From Balanoglossus misakiensis (Eukaryota; Animalia; Hemichordata), in contig CM082577.2 of assembly GCA_040954595.2 (NCBI GenBank), positions 3,243,703 to 3,307,702 of the forward strand: a stretch of DNA of 64,000 nucleotides. Reading direction: 5' to 3'. The notes below the pieces were generated by a model that was not told the DNA's origin, did not search any database, and saw only the letters and a list, made by a program, of their open reading frames with translations. Made by a program: the position numbers and the translations under genes. This document shows positions 12,201-26,392 of the stretch, piece after piece; the first letter of the stretch is position 1; the number at the start of each line of letters is the position of its first letter.

Positions 12201-12662
12201 TTGATAACTATTAGTGAATGGAGGGTCGCCACCTGAGACATGGTAATGAGGAGGCCCCCTGTCGGTGTGTGCGCGCGCGCGTTGAGTGAGGCAAACATCA
12301 TCGGGGTTTTGTCATCAAAATTGGCGGGAACCCGTTCGCCGACCGACAGTCACACGTAGACGGGCAGTGCATTAGATCAGGCGAAGATAACGTGCGGAGA
12401 GGCTGCGGTAACTGCGAGATGAAGTCACTCACCACGAGTGTCGCCGAGACTGAGTCGAGAGTCTAACCTTCGCGGGAAGCACGCGCGTAAAATACTGTGT
12501 CCCCACCACATCGCCACCGGTAGTTGTCAGCGCTGGATCGCTGCTCAACATCCAACCCGTCGACTGAAACTTACCATAACACAGCTGATGTCGACGCCGA
12601 CGCAGGACACGCTTCGTCAGAGCAAGGCATTTTCGTTGTGTTTCTTGTCGTCAAAAACAGCG

Positions 12663-15600
12663 ATGAAGAGACTTCAGATGCTTCTGTTCTTCGCGTATGT
12701 CTTGGTCTGTCTCGTGACACCAGCAGCGACGGTAAGTTCTGAAATATATTCACCCGAAGAGAGAAACATTCCGGAAGCCTTGACTAGGGCCATTGAGTAT
12801 CGTTTCTACCGATAGGAAAATTAATAATATAACGTTGACAGATAATCCTGTGATCACCTTGATCATTTTTTCTATTATGACGCAAAATGATGAATGTCAA
12901 CAATTCGTACCGGATGATAAAATAATTTTAAGAATAGTGTCATTTTTCTGGGGTCATGGTCAAATTGAAGACAATTTAGTCTGTTTTATACCGATAAACG
13001 GGAAATCAGAATCTGCGTTTGGAGAACGGCTGCTGTATGTGCGTTTATTTGTACAGTTGTACACATTTTGACGGCATTTGTATTGCCCTGTTAAACTATG
13101 ATAATACTGATGACTGATGACTTATATCGTTCTCCGCCTGTTCCATGGGAATGCCCTTTGCGGAAGATTAACGTCCTTGTCGCAAAAAAAGAGCGGGAAA
13201 ATAATGATGAGTGATTAATATGCGAATGACGTGCATGCGATGAACACGCGGACAGGATGATTAACAAACTTATCCATCTGACTTAAAACAATGGTGATGA
13301 ACTACCAGGCACGATAGTCCATAGATTCGACAACAGCGTCGTCGCGGATGAATACTGGGGGCTTGCGATCATTCCTTGATGTACTTTGTATGTCTTTAGC
13401 GCCGACCGATTAGCCGGGGTTGTGGTGATTACGACATTACAAATGGTCTAAATGAACCATCGCGATCCATTACCTTATACCTAAATGTGATTCATTTTGT
13501 CATTTGTCTGAAATTTTCGCGAGGCGGTCTCTATACTTTCACCAGGAAAGACATCAAGAGATGCGTTATACCCACAGACGCGCCGACGTTGATTTTCCGG
13601 CCTGTCGCGTCTGACGGGCTTCTGGAGAACTCACGTTGACCATCATTGAAGTAGCGCGAGAGATTTTCATGATCAAAAACCACGACTGGTCCAATTTCAA
13701 CGCTGCTTCACTTTTATCAGCTCTTGTATATATCCGGCTCTCATTGATTATTCCATGTCCGTCTCACATAGTACGTTATTATAAAGTCATAAAGCAGAAT
13801 CTACGCCTAGTAAAAAGCTTTCCCGACCGAATCCCCAAAGGCTTCGGGCAAGCCGCTCGCACTGAGAATTGCGCCCGTTACATTGTCGGAATTCATCGGG
13901 AGCTGTAAGTCTCTTAGCCATAATGAAAATGGACAGGATATAGGGTTTCATTAGACATGGTTCAGGCTAACCAGAATCCTTCCCCAGGAAGGGAATTTCA
14001 AAAAGTAGCGCAAAAGATTGGCGCTGGGAAATAACTGGCCATTTTTGTTTTGTGATGTTTAAACCGTTCTGCTCGTGATCGGGTTGGGGGAGTTTCGATG
14101 TATATGATGGCACATGCGCATGCGCTTCCCAAACCACAGAGACTCTGTCGTAACCTTGTAATTAAAGATCGTTAGTGGAAACTACATCATTCTTCAAATG
14201 AGTAGTATTGAAGGTTTTTTTTACTTCTAAATCACAGTTTCCTCCAACTGTTTCCCCTGTTTTCCCTGAGGTCAAGAGGACCCCGGGAGGAGCGATTTGC
14301 GTTCGATCTGTATGGAGATTAAAAGTTAAATGCTGTACAAACCCGCATGTAAAACTCGTTCACGGAAATCAAAAAGACAATTTGCATTGCTTAAGATCGG
14401 GTCAAATGAAGTCAAAACTACACTTTATTCGTTTTTCTCGAGACTGGGGAACTCTTACAGAACAAATTCCATACGTCATTCGTGTATAATCAATTATCTC
14501 GGTCATTTCACAAGGCAGATAGGAATCCAAAGACATTTCCTGCATGGCCCATATAGATTTCTTTTATCAAATGCAATCTTGTAGTCCGCGCGGGGAAAAA
14601 AACTTGATTAAGTGCGCGCTCGTACCATTGTACGGAAAGTAATCACAATTCTGTGATATGGATGTATTTTTGTTGGGGTTTATTTAATAAATGCAACCTA
14701 ATTAGTACCACTGATTTTTAAATTGATTACTTCAACTTAATAAAATATTCTTTGTGTCACATTGTGTTTGACATCTTGCGTTGTAACGCAGCTTAAGCTG
14801 GCGTGAATATAGACGTGTTTCATCTTTGTTGTCATATATATTTCTACTAACTGATCGAGACGATGCTCTGAACGCATACAATGTATCTTCAGCCTATAAT
14901 CGTCAAAGTGTCCTCTCAGATTAAAGGATATAAAAAACTGTTTCGAAGATTGACAGTGATTTCCTCCGAGAATACATCAGAAATGGATCGGATAAATTGG
15001 GATGGGCTATAATCGCCCTCCTTTTATTTCCATGCCCCGGGAGTTGCGTCGATAGTCCGTGCATCGGGACAATGATTGAAAGCCTTCGCAGGTCAAAGTT
15101 CGCTATAAGATCACATAATCACTGATGGAATGTACTTTCCTTAATTTGCCTAATTCACGACACCTGGATTAACGTCGTTCGGGATTATTTATTCAGAGGA
15201 GTCTGCTTAAGTGTAATCTCTTGCGACTTCGTTCTCTCTTTATTTCCATTTTATTATAGCCTTCATTTAAAAAAGCGAGTGATATTTCACCATGTTAGCA
15301 AGACCAGACATTTTCACTGGACGTAAGAAATTATTTCCGATCCTATGGCATGTTTATACAGTTACTGAATGCCGACCAAAGATCGTAAAATGAATTAAGC
15401 TCTACTGCCGAGTCGTAAACCACAAACCGATCGAGTCGTTGTGTCATGTTTTTATTGAAATGCTCAACCGGAGATTAGCAACCTTTGCGGCAAAAACAAG
15501 GTTCGACACGTTCTCGATCACGCGCTATTAATTTAACAGTTTGTACTCTCCCTCGCTGGTTTGATTCGTTTATTCGCGAAGATGATAAAAGTTAGATCGT

Positions 15601-18600
15601 TTTAATGAGCGGCGTTAATGTGCACGGAGCATATCCGATGAAGTGCGCCAGTTTTAGTTGTCTGCTCAAGATTTGTTAGACACACATCTTATAGTGAGGC
15701 CGGTCGACGTATAGACTCATATAAGCGACTTTTGAGACGTGTCCTGATCGCGTATTGGCATACTAGTATGCACTGATTATGCAAATTAGTGACCAGTATG
15801 CAAGTCCTTGTCTGCAAGTAAGCTTTTCAAAACTGTTTGTCTGAATGGAAATTTCCCCTAATAACTGCAAGACACAGCAAATGAAAGACAGACAGACAGA
15901 CAGACAGACCAACCGACAGACAGACAGTGCTAAATCTTCGAGGTTCAACCGTTGCCATCTTTGTTCGTCATCAGTATGCTAAAAGATCCTCCCGCTCAGT
16001 GTTGCAGGAAGAAGGAGCATTGTCATCAATATTCGTCAGAGTTTATGGAAGTAAAGAGTCTCAAATGCTCGCCTTGAATTTTTATGAAGCAGTGTGTTTG
16101 CTCTGTGATGGATGAGTGGTCGTGTATCGTTGGTCTAGAACATTCAACACTCTGATTTAGAAAGGCATAGAAAACACACTGAACCATAATTAGTTAATAC
16201 CCATGAATTGTCAAGAAAGCATTTGATAAAAGTGTCTCTTATTTAAATTTTAGCGAACTATTCGTGGAGATAGATGACTCTGGCTCGCGAGAATGCTTAT
16301 TCTAGGCCGGAGCACCCAAAGACTTCTAAAACGTTGTGATTACCAGTTTATATCACCATTTACCGACAATAACTGGCGAAGTAGTCACCTTATAGACTGC
16401 AAAATAGGTTCGTCAGGAAACTCAAGGACTCAGTGGGAAGGACATCCACCCGCTCAGGATCTGAACGCCATAAAGAAAACGGCTCTCCGGGGAATCGTTC
16501 AAGTTGGCGACTTCTAAAAAGGTATCGCCGTTTAGAATAATTATAGCGTTGCTCCAGGAAGTCAAAACTCCCGAGGCAAACCGATAAAAAAAGCCTCGCT
16601 ATAGAAAACGCCGAATTGCATTACATTTGAGAGGTAATATTGATACTAACCAGCTGTGACACGGCCGGTAAACATTACGTGTCGTCGGTCACAACCCTTC
16701 ATCAGCAAACGAGATTGTGCAGTGTGGCCCCGGTGTGGGGGAACCGTATATGTATGAGTGAATTTAATTGGCTGAAAAGCGACCAATCGTGAGGCAGAGA
16801 AGGCATCCACGTGAAGCAGGTTAAGCCCCTATACTAGGATACCCAATATTTTGAAGATATTTTACATCCGGGGATAGGCACAGTCATTGCCGTGTGTAGG
16901 AAACTTATTTGCCGTAGCTCCTGATATAAACTTTATTGCAATGTAGTGGGTTCAGTTAACTGCGTTTAGCCAATATATATATACTGTCGTTCACAATGTG
17001 AAAATATATCCGCGAATGTATTAAAATTCTACGCCTTTAAGACTCCTATTAAAAATAATCCCACGCGTAGAAATGTTCAAAGGCTATCTGTGATTATGGG
17101 ATTTAGTGAGATGAATCATTTTCGCTTTCCATTTGTTCACGAAAGGCCATACCGTCCTCTTTTCACACCCCTTCACCCATATCAAGTGCTTTATTCTCCT
17201 CTGCTTTAGTTCATTATCTGTAGCAGTCAAATTTGCCTTTTCGTGTAGAATATACTGCATTTGCATTTCTGATTATTACATCACGTTACATGCCACATGT
17301 TTTGAATAATTAAATTCCCATTAGTACTCATCTTTTAATCACGAGGACGCCCTCATGTTTAATTCTATATATGCATCATCATTTTTGCTTCGTATCAGCT
17401 CTGCGCGCCAGGTTATGTACTGTTTGTGGACGCTGCCGCAACGTCTTAGGTGGCCTGTGGGGAATAGCCCGTACCTTAGCTTCATACATACTTAATAACA
17501 AAGTGGATATGGCCATTGTCGGAGACCGAGGGAACAAAACAACCTCCGATGTTGACTTTGATAACACCTGCACGCAAACACTCTTTTACGAATGAATTGC
17601 GCTTGACATAGCTTGCTACACATTCGGCATGTGAAGTTCGCTACTTGTGTTTTACAAAGCGTTAGTCGAAGTTATTCGACAAGAATGAATATCGAATAGA
17701 TATATTTTATTGATATAAATAATATTACATGTATGTCACACAACGCGCTGAAAAGATATATAAAAGCCAGAAATCTGGAGGGGTCAATGTTTCTTATACA
17801 CACACATGCACGCTTACGTGTACCATGGTCAAGCCGTACAGCAAAGACATGCATGGATATATACAGGAACCCAAGGCTTTAAAAACAAACTAGAGGCATA
17901 ATGTTACAAAATGCTGACCTCGAAGAATGTTTTATTAAAATGTAAGCTTGGACCGTTTTACTTTATCAGTGACCCCAAAACTGGCTCACGTTTCTTATCT
18001 TCGTCGCACGAATACGAGGCTGTCGGCTTATGTTCAAAGATTTGCAAGTTACATCTACAGGGACCTTTCTAAGATTGGGCATGTTGATATTTTTATTCCA
18101 CGATTATATCGACAAATCTGAGACTATTTATATTCCATGTGTGGTGCCACCGTTAATGTTCATCTGAAACCCGGCATCTCACGATTTCACGACCAGGTAT
18201 CAATCAATTTTATAGTGCCGCGTAAACAAATGTGACATTAATACATGCAGCCATAGACTATTAACGGAGGGATTTGAACATAGAGTACAAGTCTATAGTT
18301 AAAGTAAATCATGCATAACTTTCATAAGACGTTATGACGCGTCACATGCACGCGACTTGTGGCATATTAACATAGGCCAGCGAGAGACACAGGCGTCGCG
18401 AGACTTCGGGTAATTAATGACAATGTCATCATAGGAATGGATGGTCAAATTACTATGTTGCATTGGCGCGATCAATTATACAGCATTTACTACTGATAGT
18501 TTATGGGGGGATTTCTAAGCTTAAGATTCAATCAGCATTATATTACACGCACCGATTTTTTTCTTGCAGCAAACTGAAATGCCAGCGTCATGCGGCGATG

Positions 18601-18911
18601 TGGTCAGGCAGTGCGACCAGCGGCGCTTCTGTCGCCAGAGGATCGAGTTCGAACTGTCGAACCTGGTCAACTACGGCGGCTGTGACTTCGACGGCGACGT
18701 GGCCGACTGTTCCTTCTGGTGCCACAACTCGTTCTACTACTTCGCCGCCCACCCGCACGCCTCAAGGAAAATCAACGCCGCTCTGCTGACGTGCGATTGT
18801 GAGAGGGACCACAGCGAGCTGTTCACCAGCGTCAAAGAGTGCAAGAATTTCCAGAGCCATTTGGAGCCGTGTAGGCTCAGCTCCATCATGGACGATGATG
18901 CGACGGCGTAA
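12663..18911 (+). CDS. Secreted single-domain GDNF-receptor-alpha/GAS1-like protein A (~136 aa)
   Basis: Exon 12663-12731 (signal peptide MKRLQMLLFFAYVLVCLVTPAAT, GTAAGT donor, phase 0) joins in frame to 18570-18911 (ttttttcttgcag acceptor). Domain has 10 Cys in the GDNF/GAS1 pattern C-x6-C-x5-C..C..C-x3-C..LLTCDC..C..C, then a stop with no GPI signal. The link across the 5.8-kb intron is inferred from phase and from paralog B. Confidence 0.78.
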
Positions 18912-20020
18912 ACTATATGTAGGTCATCGGATTTTCCCGCGCTGAAAGAACCGTTCGTTAAGAAGAGTTCGGATTCACAACTTTTCCAAAAATGCTGACA
19001 AATATTTAGCACACGATTCATAAACTACTCATTTTCGTCTATCTGTGAATATGTAAATGTTATTAATTCATAATAGTTCAAAATCACGAATTTACATTAT
19101 TACAAATTTCATCTTCCGGGGAATCATGCTGCGCATGTCCACGACAATTACATAGAAAAGTAAGTTTGACAATAATCGGATGTCCAAGACTTTGCTGGCT
19201 TTTATGTATGGCGCCACCAGCGTCTTTCAGAGGTTGGAGGCGTTTCTTTCGCCACATCTTGTTGGTCGATTTAGCGGATTAATACAATAATACGGATGCA
19301 TACTTAAAGATGAAATGATTGTAGCAATATTGTCAACCGCTCTTACAATTTTATAAAGATGCAAGTACCCATTTCCCCATGTATATCCTTCAATGGTGCC
19401 ATCTAACCTTGTAAACCACCCGGCAATTTCCTGTATATCACATATATGTACTTATATTATCATAGAATTTGCCGAATTTTGTCCACGGATTTTATACGTT
19501 CTAATACGATGTCTTTGCTGTATATAACCATGTAAGTATGCGATTGCCCGTAACCGTTCAGAACTCACTATTCTGTAGAATTTTGATGTAATAAATTTTT
19601 AAAGCATGTTCTTTTCGTCATATAGGCCTACAGAAAACCTTATGGCAAAATGTAAGTTTTCATAAGGTGAAATAAAAACAAGGTCGCCGCGATTGTAATG
19701 CATTTTCTTTCCATGATGATGATGATGACGACGACGACGGCAACAATATCGATTAAAGCTGCAAGCAGCATTGAAGGGGCACAAGCATGGAGATAATAAC
19801 CATTAGACTCCATTAAGGGTTGTACCATGATTCAAATGCGTAGGCTGGATGTGTAGATATGGGGAAGTAGACAACCACCCAAAATGCATGTCCTACAAGT
19901 ACAAACACAACAACCAAAAGTGAACTTCTATGTTATGTAAGTATTTCAGTAAGTACTTAAAAGGTCAGCTGAGGGTACCCCAAAAATTTGGCCAAAAATT
20001 TGGATTCCTAACCCTAACCT

Positions 20021-23000
20021 TCCGTATTCAGACTTGCCCAAGTGAACCGCGACAAAAAAATGACCAAGTTTCCCTACATGTTTCTTATACCCGACAGATA
20101 AAAAAACGCAGCGTAGATATTGAAATGAATTGGATTTATGAAAATGATAAAAATTAAATTGATAATGTCGTTAAAGTTCTCAAAAAAAAGAAATAGAAAA
20201 AAATGGTCTCGAACCTACATCAGTAGACACCTTCAGGTAAAAGACTAGCCTTCCTGAACCCTTCGCCATCACAATGTGTACTCGAAACACTCGGAAATTT
20301 ACCGCACTATATTGCAGCATAACTACCATGATCTTATTTGCACCGCAGCGGTGCAAATTCTTATTTGCACCGCAGCGGTGCAAATAAGAGTTCGCAGCGG
20401 TGCAAATAAGAGTCCCCTCCCCCGAAACGATCTGCCCGTTCTTTATTCACTCCTCGACGACAAAAACGTTTTATTACGGCCCACATAACGACTTTTTCGC
20501 TCCTTGGTTGGTCATGCGGACGGAAAGACACGGTTTTAGCGAGTTTATCTTTCTCTCTCCTGAGCACTCCGTATTCAGACTTGCCCAAGTGAACCGCGAC
20601 AAAAAAATGACAAAGTTTCCCTACATGTTTCTTATACCCGACAGATAAAAAATGCAGCGTAGATATTGAAATGAATTGGATTTATGAAAATGATAAAAAT
20701 TACAATGATAATGTCGTTAAAAGTTCTCAAAAAAAAAATAGAAAAAAAGTGGTCTCGAACCAACATCAGTAGACACCTTCAGGTAAAAGACTAGCCTTCC
20801 TGAACCCTTCGCCATCACAATGTGTACTCAAAAACTCGGAAATTTACCGCACTATATTGCAGCATAACTACCATGATCTTATTTGCACCGCAGCGGTGCA
20901 AATTCTTATTTGCACCGCAGCGGTGCAAATAAGAGTTCGCAGCGGTGCAAATAAGAGTCCCCTCCCCCGAAACGATCTGACCGTTCTTTATTCACTCCTC
21001 GACGACAAAAACGTTTTATTACGGCCCACATAACGACTTTTTCGCTCCTTGGTTGGTCATGCGGACGGAAAGACACGGTTTTAGCGAGTTTATCTTTCTC
21101 TCTCCTGAGCACTCCGTATTTAGACTTGCCCAAGTGAACCGCGACAAAAAAATGACAAAGTTTCCCTACATGTTTCTTATACCCGACAGATGAAAAATGC
21201 AGCGTAGATATTGAAATGAATTGGATTTATGAAAATGATAAAAATTACAATGATAATGTCGTTAAAAGTTCTCAAAAAAAAAATAGAAAAAAAGTGGTCT
21301 CGAACCAACATCAGTAGACACTTTCAGGTAAAAGACTAGCCTTCCTGAACCCTTCGCCATCACAATGTGTACTCAAAAACTCGGAAATTTACCGCACTAT
21401 ATTGCAGCATAACTACCATGATCTTATTTGCACCGCAGCGGTGCAAATTCTTATTTGCACCGCAGCGGTGCAAATAAGAGTTCGCAGCGGTGCAAATAAG
21501 AGTTCCCTCCCCCGAAACGATCTGACCGTTCTTTATTCACTCCTCGACGACAAAAACGTTTTATTACGGCCCACATAACGACTTTTTCGCTCCTTGGTTG
21601 GTCATGCGGACGGAAAGACACGGTTTTAGCGAGTTTATCTTTCTCTCTCCTGAGCACTCCGTATTCAGACTTGCCCAAGTGAACCGCGACAAAAAAATAA
21701 CAAAGTTTCCCTACATGTTTCTTATACCCGACAGATAAAAAATGCAGCGTAGATATTGAAATGAATTGGATTTATGAAAATGATAAAAATTACAATGATA
21801 ATGTCGTTAAAAGTTCTCAAAAAAAAAAATAGAAAAAAAGTGGTCTCGAACCAACATCAGTAGACACCTTCAGGTAAAAGACTAGCCTTCCTGAACCCTT
21901 CGCCATCGCAATGTGTACTCAAAAACTCGGAAATTTACCGCACTATATTGCAGCATAACTACCATGATCTTATTTGCACCGCAGCGGTGCAAATTCTTAT
22001 TTGCACCGCAGCGGTGCAAATAAGAGTTCGCAGCGGTGCAAATAAGAGTCCCCTCCCCCGAAACGATCTGACCGTTCTTTATTCACTCCTCGACGACAAA
22101 AACGTTTTATTACGGCCCACATAACGACTTTTTCGCTCCTTGGTTGGTCATGCGGACGGAAAGACACGGTTTTAGCGAGTTTATCTTTCTCTCTCCTGAG
22201 CACTCCGTATTCAGACTTGCCCAAGTGAACCGCGACAAAAAAATGACCAAGTTTCCCTACATGTTTCTTATACCCGACAGATAAAAAATGCAGCGTAGAT
22301 ATTGAAATGAATTGGATTTATGAAAATGATAAAAATTACAATGATAATGTCGTTAAAAGTTCTCAAAAAAAAATAGAAAAAAAGTGGTCTCGAACCAACA
22401 TCAGTAGACACCTTCAGGTAAAAGACTAGCCTTCCTGAACCCTTCGCCATCACAATGTGTACTCAAAAACTCGGAAATTTACCGCACTATATTGCAGCAT
22501 AACTACCATGATCTTATTTGCACCGCAGCGGTGCAAATTCTTATTTGCACCGCAGCGGTGCAAATAAGAGTTCGCAGCGGTGCAAATAAGAGTCCCCTCC
22601 CCCGAAACGATCTGACCGTTCTTTATTCACTCCTCGACGACAAAAACGTTTTATTACGGCCCACATAACGACTTTTTCGCTCCTTGGTTGGTCATGCGGA
22701 CGGAAAGACACGGTTTTAGCGAGTTTATCTTTCTCTCTCCTGAGCACTCCGTATTTAGACTTGCCCAAGTGAACCGCGACAAAAAAATGACAAAGTTTCC
22801 CTACATGTTTCTTATACCCGACAGATAAAAAATGCAGCGTAGATATTGAAATGAATTGGATTTATGAAAATGATAAAAATTACAATGATAATGTCGTTAA
22901 AAGTTCTCAAAAAAAAAATAGAAAAAAGGTGGTCTCGAACCAACATCAGTAGACACCTTCAGGTAAAAGACTAGCCTTCCTGAACCCTTCGCCATCACAA

Positions 23001-25788
23001 TGTGTACTCAAAAACTCGGAAATTTACCGCACTATATTGCAGCATAACTACCATGATCTTATTTGCACCGCAGCGGTGCAAATTCTTATTTGCACCGCAG
23101 CGGTGCAAATAAGAGTTCGCAGCGGTGCAAATAAGAGTCCCCTCCCCCGAAACGATCTGACCGTTCTTTATTCACTCCTCGACGACAAAAACGTTTTATT
23201 ACGGCCCACATAACGACTTTTTCGCTCCTTGGTTGGTCATGCGGACGGAAAGACACGGTTTTAGCGAGTTTATCTTTCTCTCTCCTGAGCACTCCGTATT
23301 CAGACTTGCCCAAGTGAACCACGACAAAAAAAAATGACCAAGTTTCCCTACATGTTTCTTATACCCGACAGATAAAAAATGCAGCGTAGATATTGAAATG
23401 AATTGGATTTATGAAAATGATAAAAATTAAAATGATAATGTCGTTAAAAGTTCTCAAAAAAAAAAATAGAAAAAAAGTGGTCTCGAACCAACATCAGTAG
23501 ACACCTTCAGGTAAAAGACTAGCCTTCCTGAACCCTTCGCCATCACAATGTGTACTCAAAAACTCGGAAATTTACCGCACTATATTGCAGCATAACTACC
23601 ATGATCTTATTTGCACCGCAGCGGTGCAAATTCTTATTTGCACCGCAGCGGTGCAAATAAGAGTTCGCAGCGGTGCAAATAAGAGTCCCCTCCCCCGAAA
23701 CGATCTGACCGTTCTTTATTCACTCCTCGACGACAAAAACGTTTTATTACGGCCCACATAACGACTTTTTCGCTCCTTGGTTGGTCATGCGGACGGAAAG
23801 ACACGGTTTTAGCGAGTTTATCTTTCTCTCTCCTGAGCACTCCGTATTTAGACTTGCCCAAGTGAACCGCGACAAAAAAATGACAAAGTTTCCCTACATG
23901 TTTCTTATACCCGACAGATAAAAAATGCAGCGTAGATATTGAAATGAATTGGATTTATGAAAATGATAAAAATTACAATGATAATGTCGTTAAAAGTTCT
24001 CAAAAAAAAAAAATAGAAAAAAAGTGGTCTCGAACCAACATCAGTAGACACCTTCAGGTGAAAGACTAGCCTTCCTGAACCCTTCGCCATCACAATGTGT
24101 ACTCAAAAACTCGGAAATTTACCGCACTATATTGCAGCATAACTACCATGATCTTATTTGCACCGCAGCGGTGCAAATTCTTATTTGCACCGCAGCGGTG
24201 CAAATAAGAGTTCGCAGCGGTGCAAATAAGAGTCCCCTCCCCCGAAACGATCTGACCGTTCTTTATTCACTCCTCGACGACAAAAACGTTTTATTACGGC
24301 CCACATAACGACTTTTTCGCTCCTTGGTTGGTCATGCGGACGGAAAGACACGGTTTTAGCGAGTTTATCTTTCTCTCTCCTGAGCACTCCGTATTTAGAC
24401 TTGCCCAAGTGAACCGCGACAAAAAAATGACAAAGTTTCCCTACATGTTTCTTATACCCGACAGATGAAAAATGCAGCGTAGATATTGAAATGAATTGGA
24501 TTTATGAAAATGATAAAAATTACAATGATAATGTCGTTAAAAGTTCTCAAAAAAAAAAATAGAAAAAAAGTGGTCTCGAACCAACATCAGTAGACACCTT
24601 CAGGTAAAAGACTAGCCTTCCTGAACGCTTCGCCATCACAATGTGTACAGAAAAACTCGGAAATTTACCGCACTATATTGCAGCATAACTACCATGATCT
24701 TATTTGCACCGCAGCGGTGCAAATTCTTATTTGCACCGCAGCAGTGCAAATAAGAGTTCGCAGCGGTGCAAATAAGAGTTCCCTCCCCCGAAACGATCTG
24801 ACCGTTCTTTATTCACTCCTCGACGACAAAAACGTTTTATTACGGCCCACATAACGACTTTTTCGCTCCTTGGTTGGTCATGCGGACGGAAAGACACGGT
24901 TTTAGCGAGTTTATCTTTCTCTCTCCTGAGCACTCCGTATTCAGACTTGCCCAAGTGAACCGCGACAAAAAAAATGACCAAGTTTCCCTACAAGTTTCTT
25001 ATACCCGACAGATAAAAAACGCAGCGTAGATATTGAAATGAATTGGATTTATGAAAATGATAAAAATTACAATGATAATGTCGTTAAAAGTTCTAAAAAA
25101 AAAATAGAAAAAAAGTGGTCTCGAACCAACATCAGTAGACACCTTCAGGTAAAAGACTAGCCTTCCTGAACCCTTCGCCATCACAATGTGTACTCAAAAG
25201 CTCGCCAATTTACCGCACTATATTGCAGCATATAACTACCATGATCTTATTTGCACCGCAGCGGTGCAAATTCTTATTTGCACCGCAGCGGTGCAAATAA
25301 GAGTTCGCAGCGGTGCAAATAAGAGTTCCCTCCCCCGAAACGATCTGACCGTTCTTTATTCACTCCTCGACGACAAAAACGTTTTATTACGGCCCAATAA
25401 CGACTTTTTCGCTCCTTGGTTGGTCATGCGGACGGAAAGACACGGTTTTAGCGAGTTTATCTTTCTCTCCCCTGAGCACTCCGTATTCAGACTTGCCCAA
25501 GTGAACCGCGACAAAAAAATGACCAAGTTTCCCTACATGTTTCTTATACCCGACAGATAAAAAACGCTGCGTAGATATTGAAATGAATTGGATTTATGAA
25601 AATGATAAAAATTACAATGATAATGTCGTTAAAAGTTCTCAAAATAAAAGCAATAGAAAAAAAAAAGTGGTCTCGAACCAACATCAGTAGACACCTTCAG
25701 GTAAAACACTAGCCTTCCTGAACCCTTCGCCATCAAGATGTGTACTCGAAAAAGTCGGAAATTTTCCGCACTATATTGCAGCATAACT
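20021..25788. repeat. ~545-bp tandem repeat array, about 10.6 near-identical copies
   Basis: Identical spurious ORFs recur at 20361, 20906, 21451, 21997, 22541, 23086, 23634, 24181 and 24727 (period 544-548). Units differ mainly in poly-A length and a few SNPs. Each complete unit has the palindrome TCTTATTTGCACCGC-A-GCGGTGCAAATAAGA. Confidence 0.97.
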
Positions 25789-26254
25789 CCGTAATAAAGT
25801 TTGTGTACGCGTTCCCTGGGCCTTTGGTGTAATGGTGTAATGGTAGTACATTTCGTATTTCACAGTGTGGTGGCGCTCTCAGTGGGCGGTAAGAAACATT
25901 CTCCAGTCCGCTGTACATGGACATCGTTTAATAGTACATTGTTTAGAGATACCAAAATAGCCCCTATTTAATAGAAGCTGCATAACTCGTTGGACATTTG
26001 GTGTTTACAGCTTCTGTCTATTCCGGTGAATCTGCTGCCAAATCGACGCAGACATGTGTACATGCGCGAACGGTTGACATACCTACTCGTCCACACTGTC
26101 TTGAGCAGACACCACAAATATCGTTCAACCCGTCATAAATGACGTCATATCCGCCATAATTGTATTTTAGTGGTCATTGGCTCCCCTTTTTACTGGTCGT
26201 TACGCTGGGTGGCCTGACATGCGCAATGGGGCAAACAATACCCCGTCTTCGAAA

Positions 26255-26261
26255 TATAAAA
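26255..26261 (+). promoter_or_regulatory. Candidate TATA box of GAS1-like gene B
   Basis: TATAAAA about 140 bp upstream of the ATG at 26393. Motif match only. Confidence 0.35.
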
Positions 26262-26392
26262 AGAATATCGCCCATAACATCGTAAACTAACTAAAGTCGA
26301 CAGTCCATGCACAAGTTACTCTCGGGGAAGGGAACTGAGAAGTTTCGAGGTATTTTGTGTTCTGCAGGTTCCAACGGAGTTTAGGAAGCGAC

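Noticed and set aside
20361-25560. Repeated 75-aa minus-strand ORFs (MGKSEYGVLRR...) and related plus-strand ORFs
   Set aside because: By-products of the tandem repeat. Most start at non-ATG codons, show no domain signature, and neighbouring frames are broken by poly-A length changes.
20021-25788. CRISPR-like array of regularly spaced ~30-bp palindromes
   Set aside because: The intervening sequences are ~500 bp and near-identical, not unique spacers. There are no cas genes and the context is eukaryotic.
25818-25870. tRNA-like 5' segment with A-box-like TGGTGTAATGG
   Set aside because: No B-box (GTTCRA), T-arm or acceptor-stem pairing follows. At most a decayed tRNA/SINE fragment.
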